From NCBI GenBank assembly GCA_945787305.1, contig CALZIH010000016.1, positions 1-37,333 of the forward strand: a stretch of 37,333 nucleotides of DNA. The letters run 5' to 3'. A program made the position numbers and the translations under genes. The DNA is from an uncultured Desulfobulbaceae bacterium (GTDB lineage: Bacteria > Desulfobacterota > Desulfobulbia > Desulfobulbales > Desulfobulbaceae). Shown piece by piece: positions 22,992 to 32,618 of this stretch (the first letter of the stretch is position 1; the number at the start of each line of letters is the position of its first letter). The notes beneath the pieces were generated by a model. It searched no databases and was not told the DNA's origin. It saw nothing but the letters and a program-made list of their open reading frames with translations.

Positions 22992-24743
22992 ATGAGAGAG
23001 GAAGTTACAAGTTTTGCTGCACTTTATGGATATATCGAAAGGTTGCCGGAAAATGACACGTATGTAAACCACCTGGAGTCCGGGCAATGGAAGACGTATT
23101 CTAAAACAGAATTTATAACAACCGTACGGCATCTCACTTTGGCTTTCGAGGCTGCGGGCTGGCAAGGGAAGCAAATCGCTTTGGCTATAGCGCCATCGGT
23201 CTATTGGCTCATGATTGATTATGCTTTGATGCTCAGCGGTGCTGTGAGTGTACCTCTTTTTACAAACATCTCCGCACAAAATTTACGATTTGAAATCGAT
23301 GATGCAGACCTGCATACTGTATTTACACAGACTGAAGAGCAGGAGAGAATCATACATGGCGCTGACAGAACGATAACCTGTATTGACATCGACACGTTGG
23401 ATCCACAACGTCCATCACTTGATACTTTCATCAAGAAAGGCCAAGAAATTGACCGGAAATCACCGAAAAAATTTGACGAAATACTCACTAGAATCAATCC
23501 CGATGATTTAGTCACAATCGTATACACTTCGGGCACTTCTGGTTTGCCCAAGGGAGTAGAACTCACGCATTATAACCTTATGTCCCAACTCATCGATACC
23601 GCAGTTAAATACCGCTTTGATGCCACAACAGATAAATCCCTGAGCCTTTTACCGTTGGCACATATCTTTGAACGTATGGTGATGCATTTTTATCTCGGTA
23701 CTGGGATGAGCATCTACTTTGCCGATGATGTGCGAAATGTCGGCAGGTTGATGCATTCCGTTCAACCGACGATCATGACCGTTGTGCCAAGGCTTTTGGA
23801 AAAAGTCTGTTTCAAGATGTACAAAAAAGCAATGGCGGGAAATCCGGTTAAAAAGCTGATCGCCATGATCGCCTTTTACAGGACACGCCAAAAAGATCCT
23901 GATAGCCCAAACACCTGGCTCGATAACCTTCTGGACAAACTCGTCTACACAAAGCTTCGAGAAGCTCTTGGTGGGCATCTCCGCATGATGATATCGGGTG
24001 GTGCACCTTTATCCGCAGACATTTACCGATTTTTCCTGAACATCGGCGTCCCCTTGTATCAAGGATACGGGCTGACGGAAGCGAGCCCAGTGATTTGTGC
24101 GAATGCGCCGGGGGAAAATAAGGTCGGTACTTGCGGTAAGCACTTTGCCCATACGGAGGTGAAAATAGACCAGGCCGGTGAACTCCTTGCAAGGGGGCCG
24201 GGAATTATGAAAGGATATCACAACAATCAACAGGCGACTCAAGAAGTGATTGACAGTGATGGCTGGCTCCATACCGGCGATTTGGCGGAAATGGATGATG
24301 AAGGGTACATCATCATAACGGGAAGATGTAAGGAGCTTTTTAAAACATCAACCGGAGAGTACATTTCACTCCATTACATTGAGCATCTGTTAATGATGAG
24401 CGGCTGGTTTGACCATGTCCTTATCGTTGGCAATAAGAGACCGTTTGTGGTGGCACTCTTGATGATCGATGAGGGGGCGATTAGTGAATTCGCAAACACT
24501 CATGGCTTCATTGATAGAGAAGACGCTGTTCAATCCAAGCTCTTTCAAAAAAAAATCGATCAACTTATTACAAAAATAAACAATCAACTCAATCACTGGG
24601 AAAAAATCAGGGGTTTTCATCTCATCACGGAGAGGCTGACCATAGAAAATGGGGATTTAACCCCTTCTATGAAACTTGCCCGGAATCATGTCCAGAAGCG
24701 TTTTAAAAATGAGATTGAGGAGATGTATAAAGGGCACATCTGA
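22992..24743 (+). CDS. Long-chain fatty acid--CoA ligase (AMP-forming)
   Basis: 583-aa ORF with AMP-binding motifs IVYTSGTSGLPKGV, YQGYGLTEASP and TGDLAEMDDEGYIIITGRCKELFK. Confidence 0.9.
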   Translation: MREEVTSFAALYGYIERLPENDTYVNHLESGQWKTYSKTEFITTVRHLTLAFEAAGWQGKQIALAIAPSVYWLMIDYALMLSGAVSVPLFTNISAQNLRFEIDDADLHTVFTQTEEQERIIHGADRTITCIDIDTLDPQRPSLDTFIKKGQEIDRKSPKKFDEILTRINPDDLVTIVYTSGTSGLPKGVELTHYNLMSQLIDTAVKYRFDATTDKSLSLLPLAHIFERMVMHFYLGTGMSIYFADDVRNVGRLMHSVQPTIMTVVPRLLEKVCFKMYKKAMAGNPVKKLIAMIAFYRTRQKDPDSPNTWLDNLLDKLVYTKLREALGGHLRMMISGGAPLSADIYRFFLNIGVPLYQGYGLTEASPVICANAPGENKVGTCGKHFAHTEVKIDQAGELLARGPGIMKGYHNNQQATQEVIDSDGWLHTGDLAEMDDEGYIIITGRCKELFKTSTGEYISLHYIEHLLMMSGWFDHVLIVGNKRPFVVALLMIDEGAISEFANTHGFIDREDAVQSKLFQKKIDQLITKINNQLNHWEKIRGFHLITERLTIENGDLTPSMKLARNHVQKRFKNEIEEMYKGHI

Positions 24744-24799
24744 AGGTATATTTTGAGAGTTCAACAACTCACGTTGCATTATTGCAAGGAGAGCACCGG

Positions 24800-26086
24800 A
24801 TGGAACGCATAGCAATCATATCTGGCCTGAGAACGCCCATGGCAAAAGCGGGTGGTACATTTAAAACCCTGCAAGCCGATACCCTTGGCAGCAAACTTGT
24901 CAGAGAAGTGATGTTGCGCTCTCCAGTGGAATATGACGAAGTGGATGAGGTTATTATCGGCAATGTCGCCCAACCGATCCATGCTGCAAATGTCGCTAGG
25001 GTCATAGCGCTTCGGGCTGGTTTTAGCGAAACCATCCCTGCAGTGACAGTGCATAGAAACTGTGCTTCAGGCATGGAATCCATCACCACCGCCGCCGCCA
25101 AGATCCACGCGGGAGAGGGTTCTGTTTACCTTTGCGGTGGGGTGGAATCGATGAGTAATATCCCGCTGGTCTACAACAAAAAGATGACAAGCCTCTTTGA
25201 GAGACTGGCCAAATCTAAAACAGCGCTTGATCGTCTGCGTGCACTTTTTGGGTTCCGGCCGGCATTTTTAAAACCGGTTGTGGGACTGATGTCCGGCCTT
25301 ACCGATCCGGTGAGTGGACTCTTAATGGGATCGACTGCGGAAGTGCTTGCCGGGGATTTTGGTATCAGCCGGGAGGAACAGGATGCCTTTGCCCTGGAAA
25401 GTCACCAAAAAGCGCAGAGAGCAAAAGAGAGCGGCAGATTTGCCCAGGAGAGTATGGCCGTCATCTATGATGATTTTAACGGTGCATTTCTTGATTTTGA
25501 TGATGGGATCAGAGCGGGGCAAACGATTGAAAAACTGGCCCGTCTCAAGCCCTTTTTTGACAAAAGAAACGGGACCGTAACAGCGGGCAATGCATCACAG
25601 GTCACCGATGCAGCCGCAGCCGTGGTTGTCATGGGTGAAAGCGAAGCGAAAGCAAGAGGCCTCACTCCGTTGGGATATTTACGAGCATACAGCTATTCAG
25701 GGCTTGAGCCAAAACGTATGGGGTTGGGACCTGTGTTTGCAACCCATAAACTCTTTGCAGAAACTGGCCTTGCAATGCAGGATATTGAGCTCGTGGAGGT
25801 CAACGAGGCCTTTGCAGCGCAGGTGCTCGCCTGTTTGAAAGCATTTGATTCCAAGACGTTTGCTGCAACACACTTGGGTAGTACAAAAGCCGTGGGTGCA
25901 ATCGATCCCAAAAGGGTAAATGTCAACGGCGGTGCCATTGCTTTGGGGCATCCGGTGGGAATGAGCGGCACCAGGCTGGTGCTTACAATTTTGCATGAAC
26001 TGAGAAATCGCGATTTGCAAAGGGGGCTGGCAACACTCTGTATAGGCGGTGGGCAGGGTGCGGCACTTCTTTTGGAGGTGGAATGA
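24800..26086 (+). CDS. fadI: Acetyl-CoA C-acyltransferase (3-ketoacyl-CoA thiolase), FadI-like
   Basis: Start at ATG 24800, with SD AGGAG 8 nt upstream (the ORF track starts at TTG 24782). Motifs RIAIISGLRTPMAKAGG, active-site NCASGMESI, NEAFAAQ, GGAIALGHPVGMSG and CIGGGQGAA. Length and the internal insert resemble E. coli FadI as I remember it. Confidence 0.9.
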   Translation: MERIAIISGLRTPMAKAGGTFKTLQADTLGSKLVREVMLRSPVEYDEVDEVIIGNVAQPIHAANVARVIALRAGFSETIPAVTVHRNCASGMESITTAAAKIHAGEGSVYLCGGVESMSNIPLVYNKKMTSLFERLAKSKTALDRLRALFGFRPAFLKPVVGLMSGLTDPVSGLLMGSTAEVLAGDFGISREEQDAFALESHQKAQRAKESGRFAQESMAVIYDDFNGAFLDFDDGIRAGQTIEKLARLKPFFDKRNGTVTAGNASQVTDAAAAVVVMGESEAKARGLTPLGYLRAYSYSGLEPKRMGLGPVFATHKLFAETGLAMQDIELVEVNEAFAAQVLACLKAFDSKTFAATHLGSTKAVGAIDPKRVNVNGGAIALGHPVGMSGTRLVLTILHELRNRDLQRGLATLCIGGGQGAALLLEVE

Positions 26087-28215
26087 TGAGGACGAAAACA
26101 GAAAATTTTGAATTTACCAAAGACCACCGCGGAATAGGAACATTGGTCTTTGATATCCCGGAAAGTCGCGTCAATGTCCTCACCACTTCTGTTCTGGATG
26201 AGTTTGCATCATATTTGGACACTCTCCAACAAGATAAAACAATACAAGCGCTGTTTATCGAGAGCGGCAAAGAAAAAAATTTTATTGCCGGTGCGGATAT
26301 TCATGAGATTCAAGCGGCACATGATGAACAACATATCACCGCGTTAGTGCAAAAAGGGCAGGATATCTTCAGCAAACTCGAAAATCTTCCTTTCCCAACC
26401 ATTGCCATGATCAATGGCGCATGCCTGGGTGGTGGCCTGGAACTCAGTCTGAGTTGTACGTATCGTATCGCTACCAGTGATCCACATACCCGCATCGGTT
26501 TGCCGGAAGTGAATCTCGGCATTTTGCCGGGTTTTGGCGGTACCCAAAGGCTGTATCCTTTAGTCGGGTATGCCAAAGCTATGGAGTTGATTGTTGGCGG
26601 CAAGCGACTCAGAGGTGAAAAGGCACTGAAGCTTGGGGTGGTCGATGCTTGTGTGCCCAGAGGGTATCTGGGATTTAAAAAAGAGGAATTCATCCTGGGG
26701 ATTTTGCAAGGGAACCTGGATAAACAATTACGCACAAAACGGAAAGGGGTTGCATGGTATGAAAGACTCCCTCCGGTGAGAAATATCATCAGCTCGATTG
26801 TTCAAAAAAAGGTGCTTGCAAAAACACATGGCCATTATCCTGCCCCTTTGGCAATCATCAAGGTGCTGCAGGAGAGTTTTGGCAAGCCTCTTGCCGAAGG
26901 CCTCAGGATTGAAAGAGAGGCTGTTACCAAGCTGGCCCTTACCACTATCTCAAAAAATCTTATCGAACTCTTTTTTATCTCGGAACAGCTCAAAAAAGAG
27001 ACCTTCAGTACGGCAGCAGCTAAAGAAATTCACCAGAGTGCAATTGTCGGCACAGGTGCTATGGGCAGCGGCATCGCCTGGGCTTTGAACAATCAGGATA
27101 TCAATGTTCGCCTGAAAGATATCAATACTGCAAGTGTTGGCAATGCCGTTGGTACAATCCGCAATATTTATGAAGGCATTAAAAAACGGGGTCGATTAAG
27201 CGAGCGTGAAATAGCTCTGAAGATGGATAAAATCACCTTCAGCACCGAGTGTGAAGGATTTGCATCAACCGATTTTCTGCTTGAAGCAGTGAATGAAGAC
27301 ATTGATGTGAAACAAAAAGTATACCTGGAATTTGAAGCTGTCTTGAAAGCTGATGCGATCATCGCTTCAAACACTTCATCGCTCTCCATCACTGCGCTGG
27401 CTAAAAAATTAGCCTATCCCAATCGATTTATTGGTATGCATTTTTTTAATCCTGTCAATCGCATGCCCCTTGTTGAGATCATTAGCGGAGAGAAAACCGA
27501 CGAGGAGACTATTGCCACAGTGGTGAAGTTAACCAAGCAGATGGGTAAAACTCCAATCAAGGTCAAAGAGTCAGCCGGATTCCTGGTGAATCGTGTCCTG
27601 CTGCCTTACCTCAAAGAGGCTGTAACCATGTTTGAGGAAGGTGAGGATATTAAAAACATAGACAAGGTTCTTTTGGCATTTGGTATGCCGATGGGGCCTC
27701 TCGCCTTGATAGATCAAGTGGGTGTGGATATTGGTGAAAAAGTCTCCGGGATTTTGCATCAAGCGTATGGGGAACGGATGGCGGTCAGTGGAACCATGAC
27801 CCGGATGGTCGAGCAGGGATGGCTGGGTAAAAAGACGGGTATTGGTTTTTATAACCATAAAAGCAAGCGCCCTGAGCTCAATACAGGTGTTGTAAAATTA
27901 CAAACCGGCCATGAAAAACTTGAGGAGCAAACCATACAGGATCGGGCGCTGTTCATCATGATTAATGAAGCCGCAAGGTGTTTGCAGGAAGAGGTTGTTG
28001 ATAATGCCAGGTATCTTGATATGGCAATGGTCATGGGAACCGGCTTTCCGGCATTTCGCGGTGGACTTATGCGCTACGCCGATGAAATCGGTATCGATCA
28101 GGTCATCTCAAGGTTGAGCCAGTTCCGGGTAGATTATGGAGAACGATTTGCACCCAGTAATCTTCTGTTAACTCTAGCAGATAACAAAGAGACCTTTTAT
28201 GGAGGTGCTACATGA
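26083..28215 (+). CDS. fadJ: Multifunctional enoyl-CoA hydratase / 3-hydroxyacyl-CoA dehydrogenase, FadJ/FadB-like
   Basis: 710-aa ORF. N-terminal crotonase fold (FIAGADIHE, INGACLGGGLELSL), central NAD-binding IVGTGAMGSGIA, then 3HCDH C-domains. ATGA overlap with the thiolase stop. Confidence 0.92.
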   Translation: MMRTKTENFEFTKDHRGIGTLVFDIPESRVNVLTTSVLDEFASYLDTLQQDKTIQALFIESGKEKNFIAGADIHEIQAAHDEQHITALVQKGQDIFSKLENLPFPTIAMINGACLGGGLELSLSCTYRIATSDPHTRIGLPEVNLGILPGFGGTQRLYPLVGYAKAMELIVGGKRLRGEKALKLGVVDACVPRGYLGFKKEEFILGILQGNLDKQLRTKRKGVAWYERLPPVRNIISSIVQKKVLAKTHGHYPAPLAIIKVLQESFGKPLAEGLRIEREAVTKLALTTISKNLIELFFISEQLKKETFSTAAAKEIHQSAIVGTGAMGSGIAWALNNQDINVRLKDINTASVGNAVGTIRNIYEGIKKRGRLSEREIALKMDKITFSTECEGFASTDFLLEAVNEDIDVKQKVYLEFEAVLKADAIIASNTSSLSITALAKKLAYPNRFIGMHFFNPVNRMPLVEIISGEKTDEETIATVVKLTKQMGKTPIKVKESAGFLVNRVLLPYLKEAVTMFEEGEDIKNIDKVLLAFGMPMGPLALIDQVGVDIGEKVSGILHQAYGERMAVSGTMTRMVEQGWLGKKTGIGFYNHKSKRPELNTGVVKLQTGHEKLEEQTIQDRALFIMINEAARCLQEEVVDNARYLDMAMVMGTGFPAFRGGLMRYADEIGIDQVISRLSQFRVDYGERFAPSNLLLTLADNKETFYGGAT

Positions 28216-30415
28216 GTATCTTCAAAACAATACGGATGAACTGTTTGACAAAACCTCTCTTTAACCTGATCAAATCCAAAGAGCTTTTACCCCCAATTTC
28301 AGATACTGAAAAAACAGCGTTAAGGGCTGGCGGTGTCTGGATGGAAGGAGATCTTTTCAGTGGCCATCCGGATTTTGAGAAAATCTTCTCTGCACCCTAT
28401 CCAAAACTCAGCGATGAAGAAAAGGCATTCCTCGATAAAGAAGTTGAAGAACTGTGCGCGATGACAAATGATTGGGAGGTCTTTCAGCAAAGAGATTTAC
28501 CTGAAAACGTGTGGAGCTTTATAAAAGAAAACCGTTTTCTGGGGATGATAATCCCTAAAGCATATGGCGGGCTTGGCTTCAGTGCCTATGGTCACAGCTG
28601 TGTAATTGAAAAGCTGGCCAGCCGTTCACAGGTGCTTGCGATCACGGTGATGGTGCCAAATTCCTTGGGACCGGCTGAGCTGTTGCTTCAGTATGGCTTG
28701 GAGCAACAAAAAAAGTATTACCTGCCACGCTTGGCCGATGGGCGGGATATTCCATGCTTTGCCCTCACTGAGCCGGAGGCCGGAAGCGATGCAACGTCGA
28801 TACAATCATATGGCATCGTCTTTAAAGACGGCGAGGGCAAGCTTAAGATCAACCTGCAGTTTGAAAAGCGCTACATTACCCTCGGTGCGATTGCAACGGT
28901 CATAGGGCTGGCCTTTGTCCTCAAGGATCCGGAAAATATACTGGGCAGGGGAGGCGATCTGGTCCGGAAAATATACTGGGCAGGGGGGACGATCTGGGCA
29001 TTACCTGTGCCCTGATCAATGCTGCAAAAGAAGGCGTGGATCAAAGTAGACGCCATGACCCTCTGGGTGTCCCTTTTGTTAACGCACCACTTGTGGGGAA
29101 AAATGTGGTTATTGGTATCGATGATATCATCGGTGGGAGTGAGGGGATAGGTAAGGGTTGGGAGATGCTGATGGAATCGCTTGCGGTGGGCCGTGGTATC
29201 TCGTTGCCCTCAACCAGCACCGGTGGCAGTAAGTTTGCCGTTTTTGTTGCCTCAGCCTACAGTGCGGTGCGGCATCAATTTGGTATCGCTCTTGGTAAAT
29301 TCGAGGGCGTTGCAGAGGTGATCGGCCGTATCGGGGCGGAAACATACCTTCTCGATGCGGCAAAAAACTTTACGATTGGCGCCATAGACAACGGTGAAAA
29401 ACCAGCTGTGGCCAATGCGATCATGAAGTATCAAAGCACGGAAAAATATCGAAAAATTATCCTTGATGCCATGGATGTCCAGGGCGGCGCAGCGATCATC
29501 CTGGGGCCAAAAAATCTTCTTGCCCATGCCTATTTTGGCGCACCTATCGCCATTACGGTGGAGGGTGCGAATATCATAACACGGACATTAATCCAATTCG
29601 GCCAAGGGGTGATTCGTTGTCATCCTTATGTGAACGGTCAGGTAGAAGCGCTTGAAAAAGGAGATGTCGATACCTTTGACACCTTATTTTTATCCCATCT
29701 CCAACATGTGATTAAAAATGGATTCAGGTCTATGCTGTTTGGCCTTTCCAGGGGATATCTGCACAGGCCAAAATGCGACGGTTTTACGGCCAGGTATGAG
29801 CAAAAACTTATGTGGGCCTCGGCCAAATTTGCCTTTTTGAGTGATGTGGCATTGGGGCTGATGGGGGCTGGACTCAAAAGAAGAGAGTCCCTCTCGGGAC
29901 GTTTTGCCGATATTCTCGCCCAGATGTACATGCTGACGGCAACTCTGAGAAGGTTTCGGGAAGAAGGAGAAAGAAAAGAAGATGAAGTGTTGCTTAAGGT
30001 TGCTATGGGGGAGGGATTTAACAAAATCGATGCAGCGTTTGCAGGTATTTATCAAAACGTATCCAGGGGCGTTATGGGGCTAATTTTTTCGATCATAGGC
30101 TTCTTCTCCAAACTTAATTCTTTTGGTTCGGTGATAAAAGATGCTGATTTGCATAAGATCGCAACGCTGTTGACCTCAAATGTGGCCGTAAGGAATAGAA
30201 TCTGTAACAATATCTATATTGGCGGCCGGGTCGAAGAACTTCTATTGGCTGCCCAGGCCATGCAAGATGCGAAACAGGCTCTTGCTAAACGTAAAACTTC
30301 AGGTGAACAGGCACTGGATGAACAGGAGAAGGCACTGGTCCAGATGGCAAGAAAACGGCAACGTGCAGTCATTGCAGTCGATACCTTCAGCCATGAGGAG
30401 TATTTCCGATGTTGA
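28212..30415 (+). pseudogene. fadE: FadE-type acyl-CoA dehydrogenase interrupted by a frameshifting 35-bp tandem duplication
   Basis: ORFs 28212-29015 and 29036-30415 are the two halves of one FadE-like protein (PPISDTEKTALRAGGVWMEGDLFSG..., CFALTEPEAGSDA, then DLGITCALI...RRHDPLGVPF...IDDIIGG...GAPIAITVEGANIITR). Deleting either 35-bp copy restores a single frame of about 722 codons. Confidence 0.8.
28929..28998 (+). repeat. 35-bp direct tandem duplication (2 copies, 32/35 identical)
   Basis: Copy 1 at 28929-28963 is CCGGAAAATATACTGGGCAGGGGAGGCGATCTGGT. Copy 2 at 28964-28998 is CCGGAAAATATACTGGGCAGGGGGGACGATCTGGG. Each encodes PENILGRG(G/D)DL in its own frame. Confidence 0.9.
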
Positions 30416-32541
30416 AATTGGCGCTCTGCATTTCTTCAGTGTTTCTTTTTATCATCAAGAAGCTCAGCGGCGCCAATTTCACCACCAGCGGAGAAGCATT
30501 ACCTGACGGGCCGATTCTTTTTCTGGCAAATCACTTCACCCGTTTTGAAACATTTGTCGTCCCTTATCTGCTTTTTAACAAGCGTAAGCGTATTGCCCGT
30601 TCTCTGGCCGATGACACTGTTTTTGTCGGTTGGCTCGGCGAGTACCTGCGCCTTGTCGGCTCGGTATCCACTAAACATAAAGCCAGAGATTGCATCATTG
30701 TCGATGACTTTCTCTCTGGCGATGCCGATTGGATAATCTACCCGGAAGGCCATATGGTTAAAAATAAACAGATCAGATTTAACAAAGGAGAGTTTTACAT
30801 TCATACGGCGATGCGTCAAGGGCCGGTACATACAGGTGCCGCAGTGCTGGCACTGAAATCTGAAATATTGAGAAAGAGGGTCAAGGAGACAACGGATGAT
30901 GAACAAATCAAAAGGTTTTGCAGCGCTCATGATATCGAAAAAGAGAGAATAGATAAGAACGTCACGCTTAACATTGTGCCACTTTCCATCACCTACTACC
31001 CTGTCCGGCCCGGAAAAAATCGGTTGCTGCTTTGGCTTGATAAGCTCTTTAACCTGCGCGGCACAAGACTCTTTGAAGAGTTGGAGATTGAAATCAATCT
31101 CTTGATGGATGCCAATATGCACCTTCATTTTGGAAAACCCATTTCCACTGAAAAATATATAAAGGATTACAGAAATGAACATAGCGGTTCCTTTGATGAT
31201 GAGGAGTTCTTAGGACAACTTTTCGATAGCCAAAGAAAAGAGGTGATTCATGATGCCATGGAGAAAGTGTATGGCAATATGCAGGTAAATTTTGACCATA
31301 TCTTTATCCTCAGCCTTTTCACCATGCCAACCGTGAAAGTATGTCCAGGCTGTCTCAAAACGCTCATATATAAAAATGCCAGAGAACTGAGGAAAATAGA
31401 AGGTCTCAACCTCCATCCGGAGCTGAAAAGTGACCTTTTTAAACTCATCCTCGACAAAAACTATGAGCCATTTGCATCAGCAATCAAGTTGGCAGTGGTT
31501 CAGAACATTTTATATCAAGATAGTGAAGGGAATTATCTCTTTGATAAACATCTGCTAGAGCAGGATTATGATTTTAATAAAATCAGAGTGCAAAATACCC
31601 TGCAAGTCATACTCAATGAAATCAGGTGGCAAAAAGACATTGTAGAATTGGCAAATCAAAATGCCACGTTCAGTGAACAGGAACTTCGTATTGATAACTT
31701 TGAGCATATTCAACAAGAGGATTGGAATTATTATGAAAAAGAATATCTCAAGTATCATGATCAAGTGCCGATGCAAGAGAGTGTTGGTGCGCCAACGGTA
31801 TGGTTTGATGCAAAAAACAGTGTAGGCCTTGTCTTTTCACACGGTTATATGGCAGCTCCTGCAGAAGCCGAAAAGCTGGCTGAATACCTGTTTGCAAAAG
31901 GTATCAATGTCTACCTGCCAAGGCTGAGAGGGCACGGTACTGCACCTGAAGCGCTACAACATGTGAGTGCAAATGACTGGGTATTGGATTTTGAGCGGGC
32001 ATTTACAATGATGCGACAGGTCTGTGCCAGGGTTTTTATAGGGGGATTTTCAACTGGCGGTCTTCTGGCTCTACTACACGCAGCGGAATATGAGGTCGAT
32101 GGCGTGATTGCTATTAATTCGGCGTTGAAGCTGAATAATCTCCAAGTAAGCTATATCGTGCCGACACTGCACGCGTTTAATGAAATGATAGCGCATTTGC
32201 GCGCAAAGGGTATCAAGGAGTGGGTTGAAAACAAGAGTGAAAATCCTGAAGTCAACTATGATAAACACCCTTTGGCCTCCATCGCGCAAATGGAGCGGGT
32301 CATGACCCGAGCGGACAAAACACTTGAACAAATCACTGATCCAATTTTGGTGCTGCAGGGAGATAACGATCCGGTGGTGAATCCTAAAAGTGCACAACTC
32401 ATTTATAAGCGTGTAAACGCTTCAATGAAGAAGCTGGTTATGGTGCCAAGGACGAATCATATCATCATCACCGGCGAGGGCAAGGAAGAGGTCTTTGAGA
32501 GTGTGCATCGCTTTATTGGGGATGTGTTGAGAAGAAAATAA
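30409..32541 (+). CDS. Fusion protein: N-terminal PlsC/LPLAT-like acyltransferase plus C-terminal alpha/beta-hydrolase (esterase/lysophospholipase-like)
   Basis: 710-aa ORF. Acyltransferase motif I-like LANHFTRFE and motif III-like IIYPEGHMV. C-terminal hydrolase signals VFSHGYMAAP (oxyanion HG), nucleophile elbow GGFSTGG, LQGDNDPVV and TNHII. The start overlaps the fadE stop by 7 nt. Confidence 0.8.
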   Translation: MLKLALCISSVFLFIIKKLSGANFTTSGEALPDGPILFLANHFTRFETFVVPYLLFNKRKRIARSLADDTVFVGWLGEYLRLVGSVSTKHKARDCIIVDDFLSGDADWIIYPEGHMVKNKQIRFNKGEFYIHTAMRQGPVHTGAAVLALKSEILRKRVKETTDDEQIKRFCSAHDIEKERIDKNVTLNIVPLSITYYPVRPGKNRLLLWLDKLFNLRGTRLFEELEIEINLLMDANMHLHFGKPISTEKYIKDYRNEHSGSFDDEEFLGQLFDSQRKEVIHDAMEKVYGNMQVNFDHIFILSLFTMPTVKVCPGCLKTLIYKNARELRKIEGLNLHPELKSDLFKLILDKNYEPFASAIKLAVVQNILYQDSEGNYLFDKHLLEQDYDFNKIRVQNTLQVILNEIRWQKDIVELANQNATFSEQELRIDNFEHIQQEDWNYYEKEYLKYHDQVPMQESVGAPTVWFDAKNSVGLVFSHGYMAAPAEAEKLAEYLFAKGINVYLPRLRGHGTAPEALQHVSANDWVLDFERAFTMMRQVCARVFIGGFSTGGLLALLHAAEYEVDGVIAINSALKLNNLQVSYIVPTLHAFNEMIAHLRAKGIKEWVENKSENPEVNYDKHPLASIAQMERVMTRADKTLEQITDPILVLQGDNDPVVNPKSAQLIYKRVNASMKKLVMVPRTNHIIITGEGKEEVFESVHRFIGDVLRRK

Positions 32542-32618
32542 TGAAAAAGCAAGACCATCCACATATTAGTATCCGGCTGTGGCATCCTGTCTTCAAAGGG
32601 CAATTCGGAAAGGGCATA

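Noticed and set aside
29036-30415. 459-aa ORF with a GTG start as an independent acyl-CoA dehydrogenase gene.
   Set aside because: The reading frame is open upstream to 28865 and encodes the FadE-conserved DLGITCALI segment before the proposed start. Together with 28212-29015 it forms one gene broken by the 35-bp duplication.
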